NCBI GenBank assembly: GCA_963703285.1
Contig: OY969807.1
Location: 1,568,001-1,632,000, forward strand
DNA: 64,000 bases
DNA from: an uncultured Nitrososphaerota archaeon
GTDB taxonomy: Archaea; Thermoproteota; Nitrososphaeria; Nitrososphaerales; Gagatemarchaeaceae
Direction: 5' to 3'
The notes beneath the pieces are model-generated. The model did not search any database, was not told the origin of the DNA, and saw only the letters and a program-made list of their open reading frames with translations. Positions within the stretch are counted from its first letter, which is position 1. Every line of letters begins with the position of its first letter. Positions 41,419 to 51,819 of the stretch are shown in pieces. The position numbers and the translations under genes are program-made.

Positions 41419-42789
41419 ATGCACATAGAGAACGCCTCCGAACTGGTCGAGAACGGCGAGAGGCCGGCCGAGAGGCTTGCAAGGCGGCTCGCCCTAGAGG
41501 CGACCGAAGCCGCCCTGGTGGCGGTGGAACCGGAGCGACTGGTCACATCCAAGGTCAAGATCGTGAGCGGTCAGCTCGCAGTCGGGGGAGAGAGGTTCGA
41601 CCTATCCAAGTTCAGGCGAGTCCTGGTCATGGGAGGCGGAAAAGCGGGCGGTCCGATGGCCCGGACTCTGGAGTCTCTGCTCGGAGACAGACTCACGGCC
41701 GGTCTAGTCAACGTGCCGGACTCGGAGTCCAGCGGCAAAAACCGCTCGGGTAGAATCAAGCTGCACCGGGCCACCCACCCGCTGCCCAGCAAGGCTGGTC
41801 TCGACGGAGTCGAGCGGATGCTCGAAATGGTGGGAACTCCCGCCAAGGACGACCTCGTAATCTGCCTGATATCCGGGGGAGGGTCGTCGCTCCTCCCGAT
41901 GCCCAGAGAGGGAATCTCGCTTGCCGACAAGATGGAGGTGACTCGGGACCTTCAGCTGGCCGGCGCCACTATACAGGAGCTCAACATAGTCAGGAAGCAC
42001 CTGTCCGGCCTCAAGGGAGGGTGGCTCGCGGAGAAGCTCCATCCTGCGGCCGTCCTGTCGCTGGTGATTTCGGATGTGGTCGGAGACCCGCTGGACTCGA
42101 TAGCCTCGGGTCCGCTCTACCCCGACCCATCCACGTTCGACGACGCGGTCCGTGTCCTGAAGAAGTACGGGTTGTGGGACGCGGCGCCCAGCGCCGTGGT
42201 GAACCTCCTGAAGAGGGGCGCCGGGGGCAAGCTTCCGGAGACACCGAAACCAGGTTCTGGAAGCTTCAAGAAGGTCACGAACGTGATAATAGGCAGCAAC
42301 GAGGACGCCAGCAACGCCGCCGTACGCTACCTCAGATCGAAAGGCCAGAGGCCGACCCTGCTGACGACCAGCCTGGAGGGGGAAGCGCGGTTCGCTGGTA
42401 TGTTCATGGGCTCGGTGCTCCTGTATGCGAACAGGCGGCCGAGGCCCTCGAGTTACGTGTTGGGAGGAGAGACGACCGTGACGGTCCGGGGCAAGGGCAG
42501 GGGTGGAAGGAACCAAGAGTTCGCTCTCGGTGCGGCCATGAAAATGGATGGAAATCACGGGGTTGCGCTGGTCGCTCTCGGTACCGATGGTCTGGACGGC
42601 TCGACCGAGGCAGCCGGGGCGGTGATAGACGGCCACACGATCAGCAGGGGGACAGCCCTCGGCCTCTCCTCCGATGATATCCTGCTCGAAAACGACAGCT
42701 TCAGGTTCTTCGGAGCGCTCGGCGACCTCGTAATGACCGGACCTACCGGGACCAACGTCAACGATATCGCCGTCGCGTCGGTTGCCTAG
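41419..42789 (+). CDS. gck: Glycerate 2-kinase (MOFRL family)
   Basis: GGGKAG, ISGGGSSL, GGETTV, GGRNQE, TGTNVND. Confidence 0.93.
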   Translation: MHIENASELVENGERPAERLARRLALEATEAALVAVEPERLVTSKVKIVSGQLAVGGERFDLSKFRRVLVMGGGKAGGPMARTLESLLGDRLTAGLVNVPDSESSGKNRSGRIKLHRATHPLPSKAGLDGVERMLEMVGTPAKDDLVICLISGGGSSLLPMPREGISLADKMEVTRDLQLAGATIQELNIVRKHLSGLKGGWLAEKLHPAAVLSLVISDVVGDPLDSIASGPLYPDPSTFDDAVRVLKKYGLWDAAPSAVVNLLKRGAGGKLPETPKPGSGSFKKVTNVIIGSNEDASNAAVRYLRSKGQRPTLLTTSLEGEARFAGMFMGSVLLYANRRPRPSSYVLGGETTVTVRGKGRGGRNQEFALGAAMKMDGNHGVALVALGTDGLDGSTEAAGAVIDGHTISRGTALGLSSDDILLENDSFRFFGALGDLVMTGPTGTNVNDIAVASVA

Positions 42790-43448
42790 TACACGGTCGT
42801 GCCTACCGGGTCCCCGTTGATAGCGGAGAGCACGTTCTCCGGGTTGCCGCCGTTAACCACCACGAGCTTGATCCTGTGCTTCACTATCCTCTCGACCGCC
42901 ACTGGGTCGACTATGCTGTGGATTCCCGGAGTGTACTTGACGCCGAGAATCGCCTCCAGCATCGGATAGGAGACTCTGGGGAGCAGCTGGGCTCTCTTGT
43001 GCACACGGGGGTCTGCTGTGTAGATTCCCTCTTGGTTTGATGCCTTGATCATCATGTCCGACCGCCACGCCTCGGCGACAAGCGTGGCCACCGTATCGGT
43101 TGTGATTCCCGGCCTCAAGCCTCCCATCGCGACGACGCCATCCTTGGTCACCTTTGAGACGGCTGTCTCTATCGCGACGGGCACGTCGGGAACACCGAGC
43201 TTCATCCCGACGAGCTTCGCGTTCAACCTCGATGCCTGTATGGCGACCAGATCCTGTTCCTGGGTGCCGAGCCCCGATTGCTTCGCGGCCTCGATGTACT
43301 GCCTGGCGACGGATCCTCCTCCGACGATGATGACGACCTTGTGTCTCTCCTTCAGGACCCTTTCGACTACAGCAGCGTAGCTCGAGATAACCCCACCGTC
43401 CGGCGGCGAACCCAGTATCGAGCCGCCAATCCTCAGGACTATTTTCAA
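42786..43448 (-). CDS. pyrH: UMP kinase
   Basis: IGGS, VGGG..AR, PGITTD, GIYTADP. Confidence 0.92.
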   Translation of the reverse strand: MKIVLRIGGSILGSPPDGGVISSYAAVVERVLKERHKVVIIVGGGSVARQYIEAAKQSGLGTQEQDLVAIQASRLNAKLVGMKLGVPDVPVAIETAVSKVTKDGVVAMGGLRPGITTDTVATLVAEAWRSDMMIKASNQEGIYTADPRVHKRAQLLPRVSYPMLEAILGVKYTPGIHSIVDPVAVERIVKHRIKLVVVNGGNPENVLSAINGDPVGTTVY

Positions 43449-43588
43449 TCCGGCGTCACGAGCGAGGCCTTCGGTTATTTAGTGATATGTTTTATAAAGC
43501 ACCGGCAAGCGGAACTCGTCGTCCGTGTTAGGCGCCTGCTTCGTCCTGGATGCTCGTTCTCTGAGCTGACTTAGGGGTAATCATATTC

Positions 43589-46354
43589 TTGCTTAGCAAA
43601 GCTGACTCTGTCAGATTATACAAGATTAGAAAGGCCATCTCCGAGCTCTCGAGCAAGGAGGGGAGGGGGACAGAACTCGTCTCCCTCTACATACCTCCGA
43701 AGAAGCCAATCCATGAGGTCATCGCGTACCTGAGGAACGAGTGGGGGACGGCGGGGAACATAAAATCGGATACGACAAGAAACCACGTTCAGGACGCGCT
43801 GACGAAGACGATGCAGCGCCTGAAGCTGTACAGGGAGACGCCGGAGACGGGGCTCGTGATATTCGCGGGGGCCCTCCCGACGAACGGACCGGGGAGCGAG
43901 GTGATACGGTTGAACGAGATCATTCCACCGAAACCCGTGAACACGTTTCTGTATACCTGCGTGGCACCTGAAACCAAGGTGCTGATGGGCGATGGAAATC
44001 AGAGGACGATAGGGGCGCTTAAGAGTTCTTGGACCAAGGAGAGGGTGATGTCTTGGAATGGCGAGAAGCGGGAACTGCAGGGAAACGCCATCAAAGAGTA
44101 CCTGAGCATCCCTGTGGGAGGAAGGAGGACCTACAGGCTGACTATCGAGAGCGGGCGAAGCATTGTAGCGACCATGGACCACCCGTTCCAGACGACCAAG
44201 GGTTGGGTCAGGCTCGAGAAGCTGAGGAGGGGAGACCTTGTGTGCATCTTCCCAGTAGCCGACATCGAGCCTCCCACACGGTTCAACGAGGACCGTCCGA
44301 GGAAGGTGCTCTTCGATGAAGAGTCCGTTCTGAGGGTTCCCTATCCACCAAGGAACGCCGGACTTGCCATCAAGAGGCTGAAGAAACAGGGATTGCTGCC
44401 GCTACATTCGGACGATTCAAGGCTCCCGACCATTGCAAGGATTCTCGGGCACCTGTTCAGCGACGGTTCGTTCTATCTGACGTCCGAGGATCGGCGATCC
44501 GGCACATACCGCTCCTATACTTTTGACTTCTGTGTCGGGACCATGTCAGACGAACGAGAGCTCCGCGAGGATTTCGCGAAGTTGGGCAGGAAGCTTCCGA
44601 AGGGCTTCGAAACAGTCCACGAAATGAATGTGGATGGAAGAGCGTACATCACCCGCACGAGGCACGTGAAGCTCTGGGACGCTGGTCTGGCCGCGCTGTT
44701 CAGCGCGCTAGGGGCGCCGACAGGTGACAAGGTGAAGAACGGCACACAAATTCCATCTTGGCTGCTTGAGAGCTCTGTGGACGTTCAGCGCGAGTTCCTC
44801 GCCGCGTACTTCGGAGGCGATGGAACGATTCCGAGGATAATCGGGCGCAGCGTCGTCAGTCAGTCGAGCGCAGGTTTCCACCGGATAGTACAAGTAGCCG
44901 ATTCGGGCCAGACGTTCGCGGATCAACTCAAGCTCCTCTTCTCAAATCTCGGAGTCCGCACCGATCCGGTAGAGCGCAAGCCGGGATATGTGCGGAAAGA
45001 TGGTCACGCGACCTTGGAGTTCCGAATTAGATTCAAGATGTCAGAAGAGAACATCTTGAGACTGTGTCATGGCATCGGGGTAAGGTACTGTTCAAGGAAG
45101 GCTCTCAGCACAGGTATGACTGGGGAGTACCTGCGAATCAAGTCACGGTTGCGCAGCGGGAACGAACAGAAGGCTCAAAGGGCAAGGGCCATGAGGAAGG
45201 AGGGCCTCCAGATTAGGCAGGTCGGTGAGCTCCTAGCTTCTCCCCAGACAACGGTGACGAACTGGTTTCAAGGAACCACTCGGCGTCAGCTGGTCAAATC
45301 AAGTCAGCTGCCAACTTTCAAGGAGTGGTCCAACGTCGCGAGGACCGGTTTGCAAGAGCCTCTAGTCTGGGAGAGCATCGTCTCAATCGAGGAAGAGGCC
45401 GTCCCCGACGTCAGGGACCTGACCGTAGACAGCGACGATCATAGTTTCTTCGCAAACGGCTTCCTTGTCCACAACTGTGACGATCACTTCCACGTCGAAT
45501 TCCTAAAGGACATGCTGAAGGCCGAAAAGGTCTATGGCATCCTCTCGATCGACTCGAACGAGGCCGGCATAGGAATCCTGTCCGGCGATAGGCTGGACGT
45601 GGAGGACCTCATGACGTCTGGAATATCGGGGAAGACGAGGAAGGGAGGGCAGAGCGCGCGAAGGTACGAACGGGGCCGGGAGATGGAGCTCACGTACTTC
45701 TTCAATCGAGTCGCTGAGCACGTCACCCGCATCTTCATCACCGACCGCAGCGTGAGTGGTGTCATCGTCGGAGGCCCGGGGCCGACGAAGGAGAACTTCC
45801 TGAAGGGAGGGTACCTCGACTACAGGCTGCAGAAGAACATCGTGGAGATTGTCGATACCTCCTACTCGGGAAGAGAGGGGATACGCGAAATCGCCGAGAA
45901 GGCAGCGGACAAGCTCCAGGACGTGCGGTACATAGAAGAGAGGAAGCTCGTCCAGAAGTTCCTCGCAGAGATAAACAGGCCCAACGGAGTGGCCGTCTAT
46001 GGTCTTCCCAAGATAATCGACGCCCTGAACCGGGGCAACATGGACACCATGCTGATCTCGGACGACATCAACATCACCAGAGTCCAGATGACGTGCAAGA
46101 ACTGCGGGACGGTGAAGGAGAAAATCGTGGAGAACCAGAAGAAGATACAGACGATGCAGGAGATGCTCAGCGAGCCCTGCTCAAAGTGCGGCGCCCTGAA
46201 CTACGAGGTGGACGAGTCGGACGTCGTCGACTTGCTGGAGGAGAAGGCCATCCAGGTTGGCGCCAAGGTCGAGATGATATCCTCCGGGACAGAGGAGGGG
46301 GCGATGCTGAAGTCCTTCGGCGGGGCCGCCGGCTTCCTGAGGTACAGGATGTGA
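43589..46354 (+). CDS. prf1: Peptide chain release factor aRF1 with intein
   Basis: NIKS, YxC(intein)xxxF and GGQ motifs; 921 aa minus the 506-aa intein gives 415 aa. Confidence 0.95.
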   Translation: MLSKADSVRLYKIRKAISELSSKEGRGTELVSLYIPPKKPIHEVIAYLRNEWGTAGNIKSDTTRNHVQDALTKTMQRLKLYRETPETGLVIFAGALPTNGPGSEVIRLNEIIPPKPVNTFLYTCVAPETKVLMGDGNQRTIGALKSSWTKERVMSWNGEKRELQGNAIKEYLSIPVGGRRTYRLTIESGRSIVATMDHPFQTTKGWVRLEKLRRGDLVCIFPVADIEPPTRFNEDRPRKVLFDEESVLRVPYPPRNAGLAIKRLKKQGLLPLHSDDSRLPTIARILGHLFSDGSFYLTSEDRRSGTYRSYTFDFCVGTMSDERELREDFAKLGRKLPKGFETVHEMNVDGRAYITRTRHVKLWDAGLAALFSALGAPTGDKVKNGTQIPSWLLESSVDVQREFLAAYFGGDGTIPRIIGRSVVSQSSAGFHRIVQVADSGQTFADQLKLLFSNLGVRTDPVERKPGYVRKDGHATLEFRIRFKMSEENILRLCHGIGVRYCSRKALSTGMTGEYLRIKSRLRSGNEQKAQRARAMRKEGLQIRQVGELLASPQTTVTNWFQGTTRRQLVKSSQLPTFKEWSNVARTGLQEPLVWESIVSIEEEAVPDVRDLTVDSDDHSFFANGFLVHNCDDHFHVEFLKDMLKAEKVYGILSIDSNEAGIGILSGDRLDVEDLMTSGISGKTRKGGQSARRYERGREMELTYFFNRVAEHVTRIFITDRSVSGVIVGGPGPTKENFLKGGYLDYRLQKNIVEIVDTSYSGREGIREIAEKAADKLQDVRYIEERKLVQKFLAEINRPNGVAVYGLPKIIDALNRGNMDTMLISDDINITRVQMTCKNCGTVKEKIVENQKKIQTMQEMLSEPCSKCGALNYEVDESDVVDLLEEKAIQVGAKVEMISSGTEEGAMLKSFGGAAGFLRYRM
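43958..45475 (+). mobile_element. Intein with LAGLIDADG endonuclease in aRF1
   Basis: Starts CVAPET, block B TMDHPF, LGHLFSDGS and FLAAYFGGDG, ends FANGFLVHN followed by Cys+1. Confidence 0.95.
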
Positions 46355-46442
46355 CCGCCCGAAGGCGGCGGGGACCTCCGGTCACCGACTACGCTATTCT
46401 TCAACTATAAGTAGAGCGACCCGAACAAACTGGCGAACTTGC

Positions 46443-47657
46443 ATGATTCGGATTGGAATTATCGGCAAGACCAACGCGGGGAAGACCACGCTCTTCAACT
46501 CGATGACGCTGCAGTCAGCCGAGGTATCGAACTACCCCTTCACGACCAAGTCTCCGAACACTGGCATCGCCCAGGTGGTGACGCTCTGCGTCCACAAGGA
46601 GTTCGGGGTGCAGGACAATCCGAAGAACTCGAGGTGTGAGGAAGGATGGAGGTTCATCCCCATCGAGGTGACCGACCTTCCAGGCCTCATCAAGGGGGCG
46701 TACCTCGGGAAGGGGCTCGGTAACCAGTTCCTCTCTGTGGCCGCGCAGTCAGACGCCCTGCTCCATGTGGTGGACGCATCTGGCAGCGTCGACAAGGAGG
46801 GGAGGGTCACCGAGACCGGCATCGGCGACCCGATTGCGGACCTGGCCGACGTCGAGCTGGAACTCGTCCTCTGGTACACCAAGATGTTCTCCAGCAACCT
46901 GGGGAAGATTGGCAAGGCCGCGAAGCTGCCTGGAGGGGACATCAGCACGGCCGTCGCCGAAGTCATGAGGGGGATAGGCGTGAGGAAGGAGCACGTAAAC
47001 CACGCCCTGAAGGAGGCGCTCTTGGAGGGGAAGGATGTGGAGAGCTGGAAGGAGAAGGAGACCCAGAACTTCTGCTGGATCCTCCGGGACGTCTCGAAGC
47101 CCACCCTCATAATCGCGAACAAGATGGACCTGCCGAACGCCGCTGAGAATTTCAAGAAGCTGAGGGAGCACTACAAGGACCTGATAGTGGTCCCGACAAG
47201 CGGAGAGGCCGAGCTTTCCCTGAGACGGGCCGAGTCGAAGGGATACATCAAGTACGTACCCGGCGAGGAGAGGTTCGACGTCATCAAGCCGCAGGAGCTT
47301 ACGGGCGCCCAGCAGACCGCCCTCGCCTACATCAGGAGGAAGGTCTTCGGCGAGTACCTGAGGACAGGGGTCCAGTTCGCTCTGAACATCACGATATTCA
47401 AGCTGCTGAAGATGAACGCCGTCTACCCGGTCGCCGACCCGGAGAAGTTGACCGACAAGGGTGGGAACGTCCTGCCCGACGTGTACCTCCTCCCGGCGGG
47501 GTCCACCCTCGACGACCTTGCGAGGACCGTGCACTCCGACCTGCACAAGGGCCTCCTCTACGCCATCGACGTCAGGACGGGCATCCATCTTCCGACCGAC
47601 TACGCTCTGAGGGACAGAGACGTGCTCTCGATTGTCTCCACGGCTAGACGGGGTTAG
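46443..47657 (+). CDS. ychF: YchF/Obg-family translation-associated GTPase
   Basis: GKTNAGKT, YPFTT, DLPGL, NKMD, C-terminal TGS domain. Confidence 0.92.
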   Translation: MIRIGIIGKTNAGKTTLFNSMTLQSAEVSNYPFTTKSPNTGIAQVVTLCVHKEFGVQDNPKNSRCEEGWRFIPIEVTDLPGLIKGAYLGKGLGNQFLSVAAQSDALLHVVDASGSVDKEGRVTETGIGDPIADLADVELELVLWYTKMFSSNLGKIGKAAKLPGGDISTAVAEVMRGIGVRKEHVNHALKEALLEGKDVESWKEKETQNFCWILRDVSKPTLIIANKMDLPNAAENFKKLREHYKDLIVVPTSGEAELSLRRAESKGYIKYVPGEERFDVIKPQELTGAQQTALAYIRRKVFGEYLRTGVQFALNITIFKLLKMNAVYPVADPEKLTDKGGNVLPDVYLLPAGSTLDDLARTVHSDLHKGLLYAIDVRTGIHLPTDYALRDRDVLSIVSTARRG

Positions 47658-47751
47658 GAAGTCCTCCTCGGGCGTGCCAACCTCATCGAAAGGACGGGTT
47701 GGCCACCCTTTCTTCCGTTTCCAAGGTCATGAAATGATTAATAATCATCGG

Positions 47752-48537
47752 ATGAGGGCGCCACTTCGGCGGGTGAGAGGGCCTCCGCCCGTTCCGCCAC
47801 AGACAAACCCCGGAGTTGGAGGAGAGAAAACGCAAAGGCACGAGAACGAGCTGCCGATAGCCGAGATATTCCTCAGCGTGCAGGGTGAAGGGGTCCACGC
47901 AGGGACTCCCAGCGTCTTCCTGCGGACGTACTTCTGCAACCTGACGTGCACCTGGTGCGACACCAAGTACACCTGGCAGAACCAGGACGCGTCGGAATCC
48001 GGCGTCGATTACCAGCCGATGGCCGCCGATGCCGTCTTCGAGAAGGTCATGAGTTACGACCGCGGGCATCTCGTCGTGACGGGAGGCGAGCCGCTGCTTC
48101 ATCAGAAAACCCTCCTTCCGGTCTTGTCCGCCCTGAAGAAGGCGGGTGTATACATCGAGGTCGAGACCAACGGTACGCTCCGGCCGGGCGCGGAGATCTT
48201 GCAGGTCGTGGACTGCTTCAATGTATCTCCGAAGACCTCGAACAGCCTCGTCGATGCGAGGTTGAGGATCCGTCGCGGACCCCTGGAGGCATTCGTTCGC
48301 TCCGGGAAGGCTTGGTTCAAGTTCGTTATCGCCAACTCGCACGACATCGACGAAGTGGAAGAATTGATATCCGCGCATGGACTCCCTCGCGGCCGAGTGA
48401 TCCTCATGCCCGAGGGAGTAGACTCTGACGCTCTTCTGATCAAGAGCAGGTGGCTGGTGGATGTCTGCAAGGAAAGGCGGTTCCGTTTCACGCCACGGCT
48501 CCAGATACTTCTCTTTGGCAACAAGAGGGGCACCTGA
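47752..48537 (+). CDS. queE: 7-carboxy-7-deazaguanine synthase (radical SAM)
   Basis: SVQGEG, CNLTCTWCDT, TGGEP, ETNGT; start uncertain. Confidence 0.9.
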   Translation: MRAPLRRVRGPPPVPPQTNPGVGGEKTQRHENELPIAEIFLSVQGEGVHAGTPSVFLRTYFCNLTCTWCDTKYTWQNQDASESGVDYQPMAADAVFEKVMSYDRGHLVVTGGEPLLHQKTLLPVLSALKKAGVYIEVETNGTLRPGAEILQVVDCFNVSPKTSNSLVDARLRIRRGPLEAFVRSGKAWFKFVIANSHDIDEVEELISAHGLPRGRVILMPEGVDSDALLIKSRWLVDVCKERRFRFTPRLQILLFGNKRGT

Positions 48538-49367
48538 TGCAAACCAGCGCTCGGCCGGCAGTCGTCCTGACCTCAGGCGGAGCCGATTCGGTCACAACGG
48601 CGTACTACGTGAAGCACAGGCTCAAGGCGCCGAAGATCATCCTGGTCTTCGCCGACTACAAGCAGCGCACCTACGACTACGAGGAGTTCTGCATCAAGGC
48701 GGTAGGAAAGGAACTCGGAGCCCCTGTGAAACTGATAGACCTGCGGTGGCTGGGCGATCTTAGTACGAGCGTCCTGACGAAACCCGGGATGGCAATCGCC
48801 GAGACGAAGGAGGAAGACCTCTGGAACGCCAGGAAGGCTGAGGAGCGCATATTGAGATGGTGGGATGTGGTCCGCAACCTGGAACTGGTCACGGTCGGCT
48901 TGGCCCACGCGGAGTCCATGGACCTCCATCAGTACCTTTCTTCCGGCCAGCGTGAAATCTGGGATGTCTACATCGGAATCAGGAGGGAGACGCCGGTGGC
49001 TATGAAGGACAACACTCCAGAGTTCCTGGAGCTCATGGACAAGGTAGCCCAGCAGTCAACTCACTTCGGCGGTTATCACGTGATGGCTCCTCTCATAACC
49101 TACGACAAAGACATGGTCGTGAAGCTGGGTGCAGAGCTCGGCGTCCCGTGGAAGTACACCTACAGCTGCTATTCCGGGTACGGGTTCAGTACGGTAGACG
49201 GGGAGAAGCTACCGGTCCACTGCGGAATCTGTTCCAATGACAAGAGACGGGCCCTCGCTTTCAAGGTGGCGGGCATTTACGATCCCAGCCTCTATGCGGT
49301 GCCTCCGATCGCCGATGTCCAGTACGAGCTGAACGATAAGGTCTACACGCAGAAGCGAATGAGTTAG
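48537..49367 (+). CDS. queC: 7-cyano-7-deazaguanine synthase
   Basis: SGGADS PP-loop, TYSCY...CGIC; coupled to queE. Confidence 0.85.
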   Translation: MQTSARPAVVLTSGGADSVTTAYYVKHRLKAPKIILVFADYKQRTYDYEEFCIKAVGKELGAPVKLIDLRWLGDLSTSVLTKPGMAIAETKEEDLWNARKAEERILRWWDVVRNLELVTVGLAHAESMDLHQYLSSGQREIWDVYIGIRRETPVAMKDNTPEFLELMDKVAQQSTHFGGYHVMAPLITYDKDMVVKLGAELGVPWKYTYSCYSGYGFSTVDGEKLPVHCGICSNDKRRALAFKVAGIYDPSLYAVPPIADVQYELNDKVYTQKRMS

Positions 49368-49446
49368 GTCCAGGCAGATTCCCTAATCGAGTAGGTGTGC
49401 CGGAGGGAGTCGATGCCTCCCGAAGGACATGACGTTCGCTGCTTAA

Positions 49447-51819
49447 TTGCTAAATACCCCTCGAATCGAGATTTTGAAGACTTTGGAAACCCCGGCCACC
49501 CCCAAGCTCGAGGCCAAGAGCTGGAATCCGGGTCTGGAGGAAGCGACGAGGGTCCTCTGGGAATCCGAGGCAGGCTTTGAGTTCCAGCCAGGCGACACGA
49601 AGAGGCGCGTCTTCGTGATAGACACTCCACCTCCGTACCCATCCGGCAGGCCATGGCATCCCGGGGCGCTCACCCAGTATTCACAGATAGACATGGTGGC
49701 GCGCTCGGCGAGGATGAGGGGCTACAACGTCCTCTACCCCGTCGGCATCGACAGAAACGGGCTGCCTGTCGAGATAGCTACCGAGCGGAAGTACAGAATC
49801 CAGCTCAGGAAGACTCCCCGCGCCGAGTTCATCGAGCTCTGCGAGCACGTGCTCGACGACATTGAGGCCTACATGGTCGAGCTACTCAAGAGGCTTGGAA
49901 TCTCGGGTGACTTCAAGAACAAGTACCGGACCGACTCGGAAGAGTACCGAACGATCACCCAGTGGTCGTTCATAGATTTGTGGAACAAGGGGCTGGTCCA
50001 CATAGCGAACAGGCCGAACAACTACTGCACAGACTGCGGGACGACGATCGCCGACGCGGAGATCGAATACGAGGAGCTCCCGACCTACCTCGTGACGAAC
50101 AGGTTCGAGGTGAAGGGTGGTGGAGGGATTCCAGTCGCCACGACGAGACCAGAGCTGCTGGAGGCTTGTCAGATTATCTTGGTTCATCCGGACGACGATA
50201 GGTACAGGGAGCTGGTTGGCAAGACGGCGATTACCCCTATCTTCGGCAACGAGGTCACGATAGCGACTCACAAGAGCGTGGACATGTCGTTTGGGACGGG
50301 CGCCGTCATGATCTGCAGCTACGGGGACTATCACGACGTTCAGATCATCAGGGAGCTGAAGCTACACGAAGTCGTAGCCATAGACACAGACGGCAAGATG
50401 ACCGCGGCGGCTGGCAAGTACACCGGGATGGCGGTAAAGGACGCGCGCTCGCAGATCATCCTGGATCTCCAGCAGAGCAAAGCAGCCACGAAGATCGAAC
50501 AGATACAGCACCGGACGCCGCTGTGCGAAAGGAGCCACACCCCCGTCGAGATCATACCCATGCAGGAGTTCTATCTCAAGCAGCTCGATTTCGTTCCGAA
50601 GCTCAGGGAGCTCGCTGACGCGATGAGGTTCTACCCCGACATGCACAGGCAGATACTTCTGAACTGGATAAACTCGCTCACAACAGACTACCCAATCTCG
50701 AGGAGGAGGTACTACGCGACAGAGATTCCGATTTGGTACTGCAGCAGGTGCAACGAACCGCACCTGCCCGAGCCTGGGAAGTACTACAGGCCGTGGAGGG
50801 ACCCCGCGCCCTTCCCGAGCTGCAAGAAGTGCGGGAACGAGAAGTTCGTCGGGGAGACGAAGACCTTCGACACCTGGATGGACTCGAGCATCTCCGCTCT
50901 CTTCATCACGAAGTGGATGAGGGACCAGCCCTTCCACAGCGCCACCTATCCGACCACAATCCGGACCCAGGGCAAGGACATCGTCAGGACGTGGCTCTAC
51001 TACTCGCTGCTGAGGTGCTATCTTCTCACAGGTGAGGCTCCCTTTGGGTCGGCGTGGGTGGGCGGACTGGGGCAAGACGCACAGGGACGGGCGATGAGGA
51101 AGAGCCTGGGCAACTTCGTCGACCCTGAGTCCCTCCTGCAGAAGTATGGGAGCGACACCTTCAGGTTCTGGGGGGCCGCCGAGGCCAACCAGGGCTATGA
51201 CTTCAGGCTGAGCGAGGACAGGGTGGCCGGCGCGGGCAAGTTCCTGACCAAGCTCTGGAACACGGCGCGCTACATAGGATTGTTCCCGGAACCCGAGTCT
51301 GCGACCCTCATGGAGTCGGACAAGTGGATTCTCGCCGAGCTCGACAGGCTCGTGGAGGACTGCAACAGGGGATATGAGGAGTTCAATGTGTTCGTGCCCG
51401 CCACGAAGATCAGGGAGTTCATGTGGAACGTCTTCACGGCCCACTACCTCGAAATGACGAAGGCACGGGCCTATGGGGACTCGGGGAACCGGGAAGAACG
51501 CGAGGCGGCGTGCTATACGCTCCACCGGGTAATGAGGTCCCTTCTGCTCCTGCTGGCCCCGATAACGCCTCATATCACGGACTACATATGGAGGAGGCTG
51601 TACGGGACGGGGTCAATCCACAATGAGCTGTTCCCGAAGGCGGGAGACCATCGCGTCCCGGATGGGGTGACCGAAAGTCTTGTGGGTTTCAATGTGCAGG
51701 TCTGGAAGTCGAAGAAAGACAGGGGCCTGGCGCTCAAGGAATCGATCCACGTGGAGGTTCCGAAGGAGCTTCAGCCCTACGCATCAGACCTCGTCAGGAT
51801 GCATCACATTACTGCGTAA
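49447..51819 (+). CDS. valS: Valine--tRNA ligase
   Basis: DTPPPY, GTGAVM, ISRRR, DTWMDSS, MRKS. Confidence 0.93.
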   Translation: MLNTPRIEILKTLETPATPKLEAKSWNPGLEEATRVLWESEAGFEFQPGDTKRRVFVIDTPPPYPSGRPWHPGALTQYSQIDMVARSARMRGYNVLYPVGIDRNGLPVEIATERKYRIQLRKTPRAEFIELCEHVLDDIEAYMVELLKRLGISGDFKNKYRTDSEEYRTITQWSFIDLWNKGLVHIANRPNNYCTDCGTTIADAEIEYEELPTYLVTNRFEVKGGGGIPVATTRPELLEACQIILVHPDDDRYRELVGKTAITPIFGNEVTIATHKSVDMSFGTGAVMICSYGDYHDVQIIRELKLHEVVAIDTDGKMTAAAGKYTGMAVKDARSQIILDLQQSKAATKIEQIQHRTPLCERSHTPVEIIPMQEFYLKQLDFVPKLRELADAMRFYPDMHRQILLNWINSLTTDYPISRRRYYATEIPIWYCSRCNEPHLPEPGKYYRPWRDPAPFPSCKKCGNEKFVGETKTFDTWMDSSISALFITKWMRDQPFHSATYPTTIRTQGKDIVRTWLYYSLLRCYLLTGEAPFGSAWVGGLGQDAQGRAMRKSLGNFVDPESLLQKYGSDTFRFWGAAEANQGYDFRLSEDRVAGAGKFLTKLWNTARYIGLFPEPESATLMESDKWILAELDRLVEDCNRGYEEFNVFVPATKIREFMWNVFTAHYLEMTKARAYGDSGNREEREAACYTLHRVMRSLLLLLAPITPHITDYIWRRLYGTGSIHNELFPKAGDHRVPDGVTESLVGFNVQVWKSKKDRGLALKESIHVEVPKELQPYASDLVRMHHITA

